In this document: positions 1 to 8,978 of the stretch, in pieces
Numbering within the stretch: the stretch's first letter is position 1
How the letters are laid out: each line of letters opens with the position of its first letter
From: a virus
Lineage: Duplodnaviria; Caudoviricetes
Virus record (IMG/VR): IMGVR_UViG_3300045015_000053
Strand: one strand, 5' to 3'
DNA length: 64,000 bases
The notes under the pieces: model-generated
Seen by the model: the letters and a program-made list of their open reading frames with translations, nothing else
What the model was told of the DNA's origin: nothing
The model's database searches: none
Position numbers and translations under genes: made by a program

Positions 1-1
1 T

Positions 2-124
2 GACGACAACCCGATGATGATCTACGACGTTCCGAGTCTCAGCGAAGACGAACGGGACGACCAGATTCTTAACGGCATCCGTCAGCTTTTGGGCAAGAAC
101 CAAAAACAAGCGACCGACAGCTAA
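2..124 (+). CDS. 3' end of a gene truncated by the window edge; possibly YeaH/DUF444 (context guess only)
   Basis: Open frame DDNPMMIYDV...QILNGIRQLLGKNQKQATDS* ends at TAA 122-124, directly upstream of SpoVR, where YeaH usually lies in prkA-yeaH-spoVR operons. Confidence 0.35.
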   Translation, partial: DDNPMMIYDVPSLSEDERDDQILNGIRQLLGKNQKQATDS

Positions 125-148
125 GTCGCTCGAAATAGGGGACAGAAC

Positions 149-1768
149 ATGGCTTCTCGATTCATGGCCGGTATGCCACTGCTGATGGGCGACAACACGG
201 TTCCAGGCGCACCGATGCCGAAGGAACTGAAGGAACTGATTCCGACCATCTTCAAGGTATGCACGGAGTTCGGCCTCGACTACTACCCGACCGTCGTCCA
301 ACTCCTCACCTACGACGAGGTGAGCGAGATCGCGGCCTACGGCGGGTTCCCCGTCCGCTACCCCCACTGGCAGTGGGGCATGGAGTACGAAGAACTCCAA
401 CGCGGCTACGAGTACGGGATGCACAAGATCTACGAGATGGTGATCAACAGCAACCCGTGCTACCTGTACTGTCTGCACAGCAACACGCTGGTGGACAACA
501 TCACGGTGATCGCGCACGCCCTCGGCCACTGCCACTTCTTCAAGAACAACGTGTTCTTCGAGCCGACGCAGAGGTTCGCGCGTGACTACAACATGATCAA
601 CGAACTCGCGAACCACGGCAACCGGGTTCGCGAGTACATGGGTCGTTGGGGCAAAGAAAAGGTCACCGAGTTCATCGACCACATCCTCCGCATCGACTCG
701 CTCATCGACCCCGCCTCGGCGTGGGACGAGAAAGAGTCGAAGGACGTGGTCGTTCGCGACACCCGCAAGTACCAGCAACCGCGTCGGCTCAAAGTCGATC
801 AGGGTCGCCGGCACATGGAAGACTGGATCAACCCGCGTGAGTGGAAGGAACGCGAGAAGAAGCGGATCACCAAGAACGAGGCGTCCGAAGACCTCGGTCT
901 GTTCGGGGGGCCGCTGAAGGACATCATGGGGTTCCTCCGGGTCAACGCCCCGCTCCGTCCGTGGCAGGCCGACATCTTCAGCATGCTCTACGAGGAAGCC
1001 CTGTACTTCTCTCCGCAGGGCAAGACGAAGATGATCAACGAGGGCTTCGCGTCGTGGGTGGACTTCAACATCATGGCGCGAATGGGGTACATCGGCCTCG
1101 GCCAGAGTCATCACTCGGCCGGCATCATCGAGTACGCCGACCACAAGATGGGCGTACTCGGCGGTCACTACTCGCTCAACCCGTACAAGCTCGGCTTCAG
1201 CATCCTGCTCGACATCGAGGAGCGGTGGGACAAGGGCCAGTTCGGGAAAGAGTGGGACGAGTGTAAAGACCTGAAGAAGAAAGAGGCGTGGGACACGAAG
1301 GCCATGCTCGGCAAGCAGAAGGTGTTCGAGGTCTGCCGCAACTACGACGACCCGACCCTGATCGCCGAGTTCTTCACCGAAGACCTCTGCCGCAAGATGG
1401 AGTTCTTCACATGGAAGCATTACCCGAACGGCGACACGAAGTACGAGAGCAACGACTACCCGGCGATCAAGGCCAAGCTGATGCGGCGGTTCATCAACCG
1501 TGGTCTGCCCGACCTGAAACTGGTCGAGCCGAACTATCGCGGACGCGGGTATCTGCTGCTCGAAGACTTCAGCGAACCGGGCCACACGCTGTACGACCCG
1601 TACCTGCGAGAAGTGCTGACTTCGATCCGCTACCTGTGGAACAACGACGTGGTCGTCGTGACTAAGAACAAGGACGGCGCGGAGATCGTCTACCACTGCC
1701 ACGGGTCCGACGCCGACAAGGGCGTGTCGGTCAAGTCGCGTGAAGCGTACCTGAAGGACGGATACTAA
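149..1768 (+). CDS. spoVR: SpoVR/YcgB family protein
   Basis: Motifs GFPVRYPHWQWG, KIYEMVIN, AHALGHCHFFKNN, TKMINEGFAS, LNPYKLG. Confidence 0.9.
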   Translation: MASRFMAGMPLLMGDNTVPGAPMPKELKELIPTIFKVCTEFGLDYYPTVVQLLTYDEVSEIAAYGGFPVRYPHWQWGMEYEELQRGYEYGMHKIYEMVINSNPCYLYCLHSNTLVDNITVIAHALGHCHFFKNNVFFEPTQRFARDYNMINELANHGNRVREYMGRWGKEKVTEFIDHILRIDSLIDPASAWDEKESKDVVVRDTRKYQQPRRLKVDQGRRHMEDWINPREWKEREKKRITKNEASEDLGLFGGPLKDIMGFLRVNAPLRPWQADIFSMLYEEALYFSPQGKTKMINEGFASWVDFNIMARMGYIGLGQSHHSAGIIEYADHKMGVLGGHYSLNPYKLGFSILLDIEERWDKGQFGKEWDECKDLKKKEAWDTKAMLGKQKVFEVCRNYDDPTLIAEFFTEDLCRKMEFFTWKHYPNGDTKYESNDYPAIKAKLMRRFINRGLPDLKLVEPNYRGRGYLLLEDFSEPGHTLYDPYLREVLTSIRYLWNNDVVVVTKNKDGAEIVYHCHGSDADKGVSVKSREAYLKDGY

Positions 1769-2043
1769 TGGGCAGGCAACTGCTTCAAGTAGAAGATATT
1801 CTGTATTACCGGGACAAGGTACTCGACAACGACCCCTATGTCGAGTACGTTGGGTGGGAGTTCCCTGACGGGAAGATCCTTCTGCTTCATCCGGTCGTTA
1901 AAATCTTCGAGTCGGTGGACCACATCCGCCGACACCCCGGATCGACACTGTGTCTGCAAACGGTTGCCAGACCAGACGGAACCAAAGACTACCTGCCACC
2001 AGAAAACATGAAAAAGAAATGGTGGCAGTTCTGGAAAAAATGA
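1768..2043 (+). CDS. hypothetical protein with C-terminal KKWWQFWKK
   Basis: ATG overlaps the spoVR stop. Confidence 0.65.
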   Translation: MGRQLLQVEDILYYRDKVLDNDPYVEYVGWEFPDGKILLLHPVVKIFESVDHIRRHPGSTLCLQTVARPDGTKDYLPPENMKKKWWQFWKK

Positions 2044-2207
2044 TGGAAGTGAACATTTTCCACAACGAAACTGCTCAGGACGTGATGGAGCAGCTTCGTT
2101 TCATCCTGATGGAGTTCGGCGTCAAACTCGAAGTCAAAGAGTCTGACAAAGAAAGTACCACTTACAAGTTCTCGCACGCATTGCCGCTCGAAAAACCCGA
2201 CGAATGA
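2040..2207 (+). CDS. small hypothetical protein (55 aa)
   Basis: ATGA overlap with the previous gene. Confidence 0.55.
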   Translation: MMEVNIFHNETAQDVMEQLRFILMEFGVKLEVKESDKESTTYKFSHALPLEKPDE

Positions 2208-2220
2208 CGTGCGGTCCAAG

Positions 2221-2226
2221 TAGATA
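2221..2226 (+). promoter_or_regulatory. putative late promoter TAGATA, 5 nt before ATG
   Basis: gTAGATAcggtcATG; recurrent motif and spacing. Confidence 0.6.
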
Positions 2227-2231
2227 CGGTC

Positions 2232-2924
2232 ATGAAAAAGAAGAAACCCGTTCTACCGCCGTCATACGACATCTTCGACGCCCTGAATCAAGTCCACCGC
2301 GACAGCATCTGTACGGAAACCAGAGAGATCTGGCTGCACAGTACGCACGCGGGCGACGACGAACCGGGCGTCGAATATCGTATGGCGACGATGTTCCTCA
2401 AGAACCTCAACCTTCTTGAGAAGGACGGGAGCCGCCGGCCCATACTCGTTCACATGCACGTTACGGGCGGCGAGTGGAACGACGGGATGGCGATCTACGA
2501 CGCCATCAAGCTCTCCCCCTGTCCGATCACCATCATCGCCTACGCTCAAGCGTCCTCGATGTCGGGAATCATCCTCCAAGCCGCCAAAACCCGGCTGATG
2601 ATGCCCAACTGCGAGTTCATGGCTCACACCGGCAGTCTCGACACCAACAACGAAACCCTTGTCGCTTTCAAGCTCGCGCAGCGGAACATGGAGTGTCACA
2701 AGCTGATGCTCTCGATCTTCGCCGAGCGGTGCATGAAGGTCGAAAAGTACAAGGGTCTGGCTCTCGAAGAGGTCATGGCGAAGATCGACTGGTGGATGAA
2801 GAACGACGGCGAGATCAACATCCTCGCGGCCGAGGCCGTCGAGAACGGGTTCGCCGACGCCGTGATCGGAAGCAAAGAATACCCCACGGTTTATGACGCC
2901 TGGGGACGAATCATGTCCGGCTGA
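2232..2924 (+). CDS. clpP: ClpP-like serine protease
   Basis: GGEWNDGMAIYDAIK, AQASSMS (catalytic Ser), RLMMPNCEFMAH (His), AAEAVENGFADAVI. Confidence 0.85.
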   Translation: MKKKKPVLPPSYDIFDALNQVHRDSICTETREIWLHSTHAGDDEPGVEYRMATMFLKNLNLLEKDGSRRPILVHMHVTGGEWNDGMAIYDAIKLSPCPITIIAYAQASSMSGIILQAAKTRLMMPNCEFMAHTGSLDTNNETLVAFKLAQRNMECHKLMLSIFAERCMKVEKYKGLALEEVMAKIDWWMKNDGEINILAAEAVENGFADAVIGSKEYPTVYDAWGRIMSG

Positions 2925-2926
2925 TC

Positions 2927-2955
2927 TTGACAGTGGCTCTCGCCTTTCTTAAAGT
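2927..2955 (+). promoter_or_regulatory. sigma70-type promoter for the dnaE N-half unit
   Basis: TTGACA-17 nt-TAAAGT. Confidence 0.7.
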
Positions 2956-2979
2956 TGCTCTACCTCAGAGGGCAGGGCC

Positions 2980-3102
2980 ATGCTTGGTTTTGAACACCTT
3001 CACAGCGGTTTCGATTTTTCGATTCTGGATCAGTTCGTCACATGGGAACCCGACCATGAACCAATGGTTGAAGGCGATTTGGATGCGGAGTGCGTTTCCT
3101 AG
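2980..3102 (+). CDS. 40-aa ORF resembling the first strand of the DnaE PHP domain
   Basis: MLGFEHLHSGFDFSILDQF vs DnaE GLEHLHLHTDFSLLDGF; purine-rich RBS upstream. Confidence 0.45.
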   Translation: MLGFEHLHSGFDFSILDQFVTWEPDHEPMVEGDLDAECVS

Positions 3103-3292
3103 CGGGACACAGGTACGCATCACCGGCAACCACACCCTGGTAAAAGGGTCTTTGGTTTTGAACTGCACTGGTCTGACTGGCATAGTTGACCGCTATTGCC
3201 ATTGGTCCGACTGTTTCGTTGTGCTTCTGGACGATCCGCCGCACCACGAACTCTGGCTCGGCGAACTGGAGATCCAAAAGGTATTACCATGA
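3056..3292 (+). CDS. hypothetical protein
   Basis: ATG 3056; ATGA overlap with the dnaE start. Confidence 0.55.
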   Translation: MNQWLKAIWMRSAFPSGTQVRITGNHTLVKGSLVLNCTGLTGIVDRYCHWSDCFVVLLDDPPHHELWLGELEIQKVLP

Positions 3293-4710
3293 GCATCCCT
3301 GTCACCGGCCTGGAACACCTTCACCTGCACACGGATTTCTCGCTTCTCGACGGGTTCGGGATGGTGGAGGAGTACACGGAGCGGTGGAAGAAGCACGGCC
3401 GCTTCCTGTGCATCAGTGACCACGGGATGATGGGAGCCGTACCGCGCCAGATCAAAGCCTGTGAAGCCGTCTGCGAAGAACTCAAAGACAAAAACGCCTT
3501 CTCGCCCATCTTCGCCTGCGAACTTTACGTCAACCGCTACCACACCGAAGCCACGCCCGACGTTGCCAGCCGCGAAAAGCTGCTCGCGGGCATGAACCCT
3601 GATGAAAAGGCCGGTTTCAAAGTCCGTGGCAGTCACCTGCTCGCCATCGCCTACAACGAAGTTGGCTACAGTAACCTCGTCAGAATGACGACGTGGGCGT
3701 ACCTGAACGGTTTCTACGGCAAGCCCCGCGTCAACTACGAACAACTTCTGAAACACAAAGAGGGTCTGATCTTCACGAGTTGCTGCTACAACTCCGAGAT
3801 CGGTCGCGCCTTCGAGTACGGCGGGACCAGTTACGAAGAGAAGCGTGACGCCGCCGCTGTCGTCATCGAGCGGTACATTCAGATGTTCGGTTCGGAATAC
3901 TTCTACCTCGAAATCATGCTCCTCGATTTCGAGAAACAAAAACCCTACGACAAGTTCATCATCTGGGCGGCAGATAAGTACAAGCTCCGTCTGATCGTCA
4001 CCAACGACTGCCACTACTGTCTGCCCGAAGACTCCGAGTACCAGCGTCTGATGTTGATGCAGCAGACCGGAAAGACAATCAAAGACATTCAAAAGGCACT
4101 CAACGAAGAGGGCATAAAAGACCTGTTCGAGCTTCAGGACCAAAACTTGTGGATGAAGACCGAAGAAGAACTGAATGACATGTGGGTGAAGAAGTACAGC
4201 GACACTATCGATCTGGACATCTTCCAGTGCGCCAAAGCGAACACCGTCAAGATCTGCGAGATGTGTAAGGGCGTGAAGCTCGACCGCCGCAACAAACTGC
4301 CCAAGCTCAAGAACGCCGAGGACGAACTCCAAACCCACATCCTGAATGGGTTCAAGGAACGCCACATCGTCGGCAAACACTACAAGGCTCGCGCGGCTCA
4401 GGAATACGAACTGATCTGTCGCAAGGGGTTCGCGTCTTACTTCCTGATTCAGAAGAAGATGGTGGACGAAGCCCGGCGGTACTACCGCGACGTGCTGAAG
4501 CTCGGAAGTGGCTACGAGGCTGTGGGTCCGGGCCGTGGGTCGGCCGTGGGCGCACTCACCTGCTATCTGTTGGGCATCACCGACGTTGACCCGGTGGAAG
4601 AAGATCTGCTGTTCGACCGCTTCTTGAGCGACAGTCGCGGCGGTCGGCAGATCAAACTGCGGTTCTCGAACATCGACCCGATCATCACCAAAAAAGAAGA
4701 AGCCGCTTGA
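3289..4710 (+). CDS. dnaE: DNA polymerase III alpha, N-terminal half (PHP domain to GPGRGS motif)
   Basis: HLHLHTDFSLLDG, ISDHG, IVTNDCHY, GPGRGSAVGALTCYLLGITDVDP...LLFDRFL; ends before the catalytic DxD. Confidence 0.92.
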   Translation: MSIPVTGLEHLHLHTDFSLLDGFGMVEEYTERWKKHGRFLCISDHGMMGAVPRQIKACEAVCEELKDKNAFSPIFACELYVNRYHTEATPDVASREKLLAGMNPDEKAGFKVRGSHLLAIAYNEVGYSNLVRMTTWAYLNGFYGKPRVNYEQLLKHKEGLIFTSCCYNSEIGRAFEYGGTSYEEKRDAAAVVIERYIQMFGSEYFYLEIMLLDFEKQKPYDKFIIWAADKYKLRLIVTNDCHYCLPEDSEYQRLMLMQQTGKTIKDIQKALNEEGIKDLFELQDQNLWMKTEEELNDMWVKKYSDTIDLDIFQCAKANTVKICEMCKGVKLDRRNKLPKLKNAEDELQTHILNGFKERHIVGKHYKARAAQEYELICRKGFASYFLIQKKMVDEARRYYRDVLKLGSGYEAVGPGRGSAVGALTCYLLGITDVDPVEEDLLFDRFLSDSRGGRQIKLRFSNIDPIITKKEEAA

Positions 4711-4722
4711 GGCGGCTTCTTC
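4696..4722. terminator. bidirectional hairpin between convergent genes
   Basis: GAAGAAGCCGC-ttgag-GCGGCTTCTTC, perfect 11-bp stem. Confidence 0.75.
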
Positions 4723-4725
4723 GGG

Positions 4726-5964
4726 TCACATGTCGTCGTCTTCTTCCCACGGCATCTTTTCATGCTCGTCGTCTTCGTCGTCCGAGTCGTCGTCGTCTTC
4801 GTCATCGAGGTCGTCATCCCCGCTTTCATTGTCGTCATCTAGACCCAGATCGTCGCTGAAGTCGAGTTTGTGGTCGTCATCCCCGCCTTCATCTCCCATC
4901 CCGCCCTTGCCCGGAGGTGGCGGCGGGCTGTCTTCGTCCCCGCCGGCCATGTCGTCCATCTCCCCGCCGAGGTCCGGCTTCTCGCCGCTGTCTCCGAGGT
5001 CGTCGCCGCCCATGTCACCCTTGCCCGGTGGCGGTGGCGGCATGTCTTCGTCACCGCCTTCGCCCGGACCACCTTCATCATCCAGATCGAGGTTGTCTCC
5101 AACATCGCCGCCGTCTTCGTCCCCTTCGCCGTCGTCGTCTAGATCGAGGTCGTCCTCTTCGTCGCTGACTTTACGTTTCTCTTCTGACGGGTCAACGTCT
5201 TCGATGTCCATGCTGTCGTCGTGGGCCGGCTCGTCAACTTCTTCGCGGATCGCATGTTCGAGACGCCGCTGGAACGCTTCGCCCTTTTTGCTTTCGATGA
5301 TCTTGGCGAGAGCTTTGAAAGCCTCTGGGATCGTCAGCAAGTCGTTCACGAGAGCTTGAACCCCTCCGCTCCGGTTGATTTCGCGGACGAGGGCGTTACG
5401 CAAGTTGGCGTTCTCGTTGGCGAGGTACGCGACGTACCGAATCGCCTGAACCGGGTCCGGGTAGAACGCGCCGGCCGAGTGCGCAACGACGTGCGGTGCC
5501 TTTTTGCTCTTAACGTTCTCGGTCAGCCCCTTCTTGACGTGCTTGGCGAATTCGGCCGTCGTCATGCCTTTGGTGGCTTTGAGGAACGATTCGGTGGTCG
5601 TGGGACCGCCCTTCGGCCAACTTGCCACGGACTTTCCGCCGGACACGCCCTGTGTGGACTTGCTCACTCCGTTTTTGCCACCGTACCAGCCGTCACCCGG
5701 CTCGTACACGAGTCCTTTGTCGCCCATGTGTGCGAAGCCGCCCTTTTCAGCCTTCTTGGGGGCTTTGTCGGTGCCGCTCTTGTACGGCGCGGGCGTACCT
5801 TTGCTGCCGACGTTGGGGACTTCCCAATTCTTGCCTTTGGTCGAGCCTTTCTTGGGGCTTTTCTCTTTTGGGCCTTTGTAGTCTGGGGTCGCTTCGACTG
5901 GCGGTGCGGTGACGACTTTCCCTTTAGAGGAAAGGTACTCTTTGAATGTCTTGAACGATTTCAT
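4726..5964 (-). CDS. putative head-internal/prohead-core protein with long acidic D/E/G/P tail
   Basis: GGAGG RBS; starts MKSFKTFKEYL; TAAATA 57 nt upstream; two PPPPPGKG repeats. Confidence 0.65.
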   Translation of the reverse strand: MKSFKTFKEYLSSKGKVVTAPPVEATPDYKGPKEKSPKKGSTKGKNWEVPNVGSKGTPAPYKSGTDKAPKKAEKGGFAHMGDKGLVYEPGDGWYGGKNGVSKSTQGVSGGKSVASWPKGGPTTTESFLKATKGMTTAEFAKHVKKGLTENVKSKKAPHVVAHSAGAFYPDPVQAIRYVAYLANENANLRNALVREINRSGGVQALVNDLLTIPEAFKALAKIIESKKGEAFQRRLEHAIREEVDEPAHDDSMDIEDVDPSEEKRKVSDEEDDLDLDDDGEGDEDGGDVGDNLDLDDEGGPGEGGDEDMPPPPPGKGDMGGDDLGDSGEKPDLGGEMDDMAGGDEDSPPPPPGKGGMGDEGGDDDHKLDFSDDLGLDDDNESGDDDLDDEDDDDSDDEDDEHEKMPWEEDDDM

Positions 5965-5974
5965 GTTCCTCCGG

Positions 5975-6412
5975 TTATTGCAATGGCCGTGCGGCAGGAC
6001 CACTGCTCTGGCCGATGAGTGTATTTAGGAAGACTTCGACCAACTCGTCCAAAGTTGTTTGATTGGTCTTCAACTCGCTCAGTCTCTTCGCGATGTATGT
6101 GACGATGCTGATGTTGGCCGGCTGAACCGCCGCTTGGAAAATGGCGACCGCGATCTTCGGAACCAGATTCCGTTCTCGCGCGGCTTCGTAAATGGCTTCA
6201 TAGGCGGCGTCAAGGCGGTTCTTGTCCTTCGGCACCTTACTCAGTCTCTTGACGAGTTCTTGTGCCGCCCCCATCGCTTTGCTGCTGGCCGAGGGTGGGG
6301 AATACGGTTTTTCGCCCGTGCCGGACGCAACACGGTCCAGTCTGCGTTCACCGCGACTCGGCACCAGACCGGCGAGGGCTTCGGCCACCCATTCGGTGAA
6401 CTTCGTTTCCAT
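5975..6412 (-). CDS. hypothetical protein with CTS-like N-terminus
   Basis: METKFTEWVAEA; GGAG RBS. Confidence 0.65.
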   Translation of the reverse strand: METKFTEWVAEALAGLVPSRGERRLDRVASGTGEKPYSPPSASSKAMGAAQELVKRLSKVPKDKNRLDAAYEAIYEAARERNLVPKIAVAIFQAAVQPANISIVTYIAKRLSELKTNQTTLDELVEVFLNTLIGQSSGPAARPLQ

Positions 6413-6458
6413 GCTTCTCCGGTAGAAATCTTTGTCTCGAAGGTATATACTTGCAACT

Positions 6459-6695
6459 ATGATTTCTTTCCGCGAGTATCTGGAACGCGACCGGCTCAAG
6501 AAGCACGTTCGCCACCACAACACGACAAAAGCGTTGGAAGACGCTTTTCCGGGTGAAGAACTGGACAAAGCCAAAAACGCGGTCTATACTAACTGGCGTG
6601 GAAGGAATAAGAGAGCCGCGATGAGGAAATTCATCGCGGACAAGGATACGAAGTGGGCGAATCTTTGGGGTAAGATCCGAAACGACGCTGACTGA
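6459..6695 (+). CDS. small basic protein with CTS-like N-terminus
   Basis: MISFREYLER; TATATA 6444-6449 upstream. Confidence 0.65.
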   Translation: MISFREYLERDRLKKHVRHHNTTKALEDAFPGEELDKAKNAVYTNWRGRNKRAAMRKFIADKDTKWANLWGKIRNDAD

Positions 6696-6701
6696 GTAAA
6701 T

Positions 6702-7079
6702 GGGGATGAAAAGGTTTCGATACGGTACGGAGGTTGTGAGTTGCACGCCGTGGTTGAGCGAAGGGCCACGTTAAAAATCGTTCAAACTCCATCTGGCAAA
6801 ACCAGTGGTCTGCGTCTGGTGGGCGACCGCCCGGCGCTCCGTCTCGCGGCTTGACCGCGACGGGTCCGCGAGGGACTTCAGATAACTCGCGGGTCCGCAA
6901 CACATCTGGATCGGTCATCAGGGTTGCTCCCTGACTGATGGCCGGAACTACCAGGGAAGCTTGCTCGTGACCTTGATGTCGGTAAGAGGTTACGGGGACT
7001 CCAGGCCCGACTAAGCGTGTGAACGAAATTTACAGTTGAAGTAGCGTACACGCGGGTTCGACTCCCGCCATCTCCACTA
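6702..7079 (+). ncRNA. ssrA: tmRNA, tag (A)GKTSGLRLVGDRPALRLAA
   Basis: 5' GGGGATGAAAAGGTTTCGA; 3' T-arm GCGGGTTCGACTCCCGC and CATCTCC-A with G3:U wobble; tag frame 6795-6854 ends LAA-TGA. Confidence 0.93.
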
Positions 7080-7115
7080 GAATACCCCGCGATTGCTCGC
7101 GGGGTATTCTTGTTT
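7080..7115 (+). terminator. intrinsic terminator after tmRNA
   Basis: GAATACCCCGCGA-ttgc-TCGCGGGGTATTC then TTGTTT. Confidence 0.85.
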
Positions 7116-7128
7116 CCAGAGGCAGATC

Positions 7129-7659
7129 ATGTTCGCAATCTTCTCCGGTCAGCACGACGATCATCAACTCGACGGCATATTTTCGACGCAAGAGAAAGCC
7201 GATGCCGCTCTTGTCGAAGTCTCGAAGATCCGCGACCATGCTGTCATTTCTCAAATCGTTGTTGACGAGTTGTGCGGGCGAAAAGCGATCCCTCATTGGC
7301 GTGCAACAGTAAACGTGGCTACTGGTGAGCTTTTGTTCGACAAAGAAGACGGATCGTATCGATTCTACGAGGGTGTGAGTTACAACTGGGAAGATGCTCC
7401 CTACCCCGAACTCGACACTTATGTCAATGTGATTCAGATAATCCCTTACCGTCACAACGGCTACATCCCGAAAAACTTCTCAGTCTTCTCGGCCAAAAGT
7501 CAGGAAGCCGCAAGAGAGTTGGCGCTTGCGGCGTGGGCGGAACTGAATCGGAGGCTCGATTTAAGCAAGATCTACCACGCGACCGGCTCGATCTGGTATC
7601 CGAAGGAATTGACCGAAAAACTGTACGAAGACGGGGTTTGCAAATTCCCTTCGGCTTGA
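7129..7659 (+). CDS. hypothetical protein
   Basis: ORF with GAGG RBS. Confidence 0.65.
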   Translation: MFAIFSGQHDDHQLDGIFSTQEKADAALVEVSKIRDHAVISQIVVDELCGRKAIPHWRATVNVATGELLFDKEDGSYRFYEGVSYNWEDAPYPELDTYVNVIQIIPYRHNGYIPKNFSVFSAKSQEAARELALAAWAELNRRLDLSKIYHATGSIWYPKELTEKLYEDGVCKFPSA

Positions 7660-7751
7660 TCGGTCTATATTGTCGTCGTGGTGACTGCTGGCTTGTTCGT
7701 GACCTCCCTTTCTGATAGACTTTCAAAGTCACTCAGTTACGGAGTTTAGCG

Positions 7752-8009
7752 ATGTTTTCCAAAGCCGGTCACTGGATTTCTTACAAGTGGTTCTCGTTCA
7801 TCCTCTGGGCCTTTCCCAGTCGCGCCGAACGGTTCCACGAACGTAAAGGTATGAGAAGGGCAATCGGCGGGCGGTGGGGTCTGTGGGAAGTTGACATGGG
7901 CGGCTGGATGGGGAAGTTTCACATCTGGTTGCGATCCCAATGCGAACACTACCCTTCCCCGCCGTTCGCCACCTCAACTGAACCTCTGGAAACGGAAGAG
8001 TACAAATGA
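7752..8009 (+). CDS. Trp-rich hypothetical protein
   Basis: ORF with ATGA overlap to the next gene. Confidence 0.55.
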   Translation: MFSKAGHWISYKWFSFILWAFPSRAERFHERKGMRRAIGGRWGLWEVDMGGWMGKFHIWLRSQCEHYPSPPFATSTEPLETEEYK

Positions 8010-8401
8010 AGCGTCTCATCTTGGCCGTCGCCCTGTTCGCTCTCGTCGGCTGCGGCCCGACTCTGTACGAACTGAAACAACGTACCACCTCGGATTTGAA
8101 CGTCATCGCTCAAGAGTGGGACGGGAAGGCGAATCCCCCCGATCTGAAGGGCCGGCTCGATCCGTGGGGCAACCAGTACCAAGCCGCCGTGACAAAGGAA
8201 AAGCTCAACTACAAGTTGAGCGTCCGGTCGCCCGGACCAGATCGTCTGCCGTACAATTCTGATGATCTTGTCGTCACGCGACAAGCCGCTCACGGCGAAA
8301 CCACACAGAATCTCGAAAACGAGGGATTCTTTTACTCCATCTCGAAGGGCATCTTTGGCGGCGCACGCGACGGCGTCACCGGCAAAGAGTCCAAAAAGTG
8401 A
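8006..8401 (+). CDS. lipoprotein with GspG/T2SSG-like C-terminal motif
   Basis: Lipobox ALVG-C; DPWGNQY ... SVRSPGPDRLPYNSDDL. Confidence 0.65.
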   Translation: MKRLILAVALFALVGCGPTLYELKQRTTSDLNVIAQEWDGKANPPDLKGRLDPWGNQYQAAVTKEKLNYKLSVRSPGPDRLPYNSDDLVVTRQAAHGETTQNLENEGFFYSISKGIFGGARDGVTGKESKK

Positions 8402-8436
8402 TCAGCCCGAACCTCTAACGACCGGATGAGGACAAT

Positions 8437-8919
8437 ATGTCACTCGTACTTTCCAGCAGCAACCCTCGCGTCCGCGTGAAGACCTACGGCTTCGCCGAGG
8501 AAGTGGTCACGATTACATGTGAGGATCAGTGGAAGCCGCCGTTCCGACAAGTGGACGTGCCGATCAAGAAGTTCCTACAAATGGCGACAAGCTTCTTCCA
8601 GAGCTACGTCAGCGGCCAAGAAGCGCCGGCGTCAATTCGGATGTGTGGGGACCGGGTGCTGATGAATCTGGCCGAAGGGTGTCTGTTCGACGTGGCGGCG
8701 TGTGATTTGTTTCACATGATTCGCTACGTCATGACCAACACCGACGTGCGGCCTAACGACCCAAGACACCAGTTCTTCGAGTCGTGCAAGAGTCTGCCGA
8801 GGCCGAAATCGGAGGCGAACGGCACCGTGGACGTGATGATTCGATTCTTACAGGACGCCAAGATCGTGCCGGGCTTCAATACCCACCTCGGCAATAATTC
8901 AACTCGATACCAAGTCTAG
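8437..8919 (+). CDS. hypothetical protein
   Basis: ORF with GAGG RBS. Confidence 0.65.
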   Translation: MSLVLSSSNPRVRVKTYGFAEEVVTITCEDQWKPPFRQVDVPIKKFLQMATSFFQSYVSGQEAPASIRMCGDRVLMNLAEGCLFDVAACDLFHMIRYVMTNTDVRPNDPRHQFFESCKSLPRPKSEANGTVDVMIRFLQDAKIVPGFNTHLGNNSTRYQV

Positions 8920-8920
8920 G

Positions 8921-8972
8921 TTGGATTCTTTGTTTATGGTCTGTTATACTTCCTGAGTCACCACTCAGGAGG
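8921..8972 (+). promoter_or_regulatory. extended -10 promoter plus RBS-sequestering hairpin
   Basis: TTGGAT-18-TATACT with TG at -15/-14; TCCTGAGT-cacc-ACTCAGGA covers AGGAGG. Confidence 0.5.
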
Positions 8973-8978
8973 TATGAC

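Noticed and set aside
4730-5359. Poly-Ser ORF on the plus strand
   Set aside because: Antisense reading of the Asp/Glu codons of the acidic minus-strand gene
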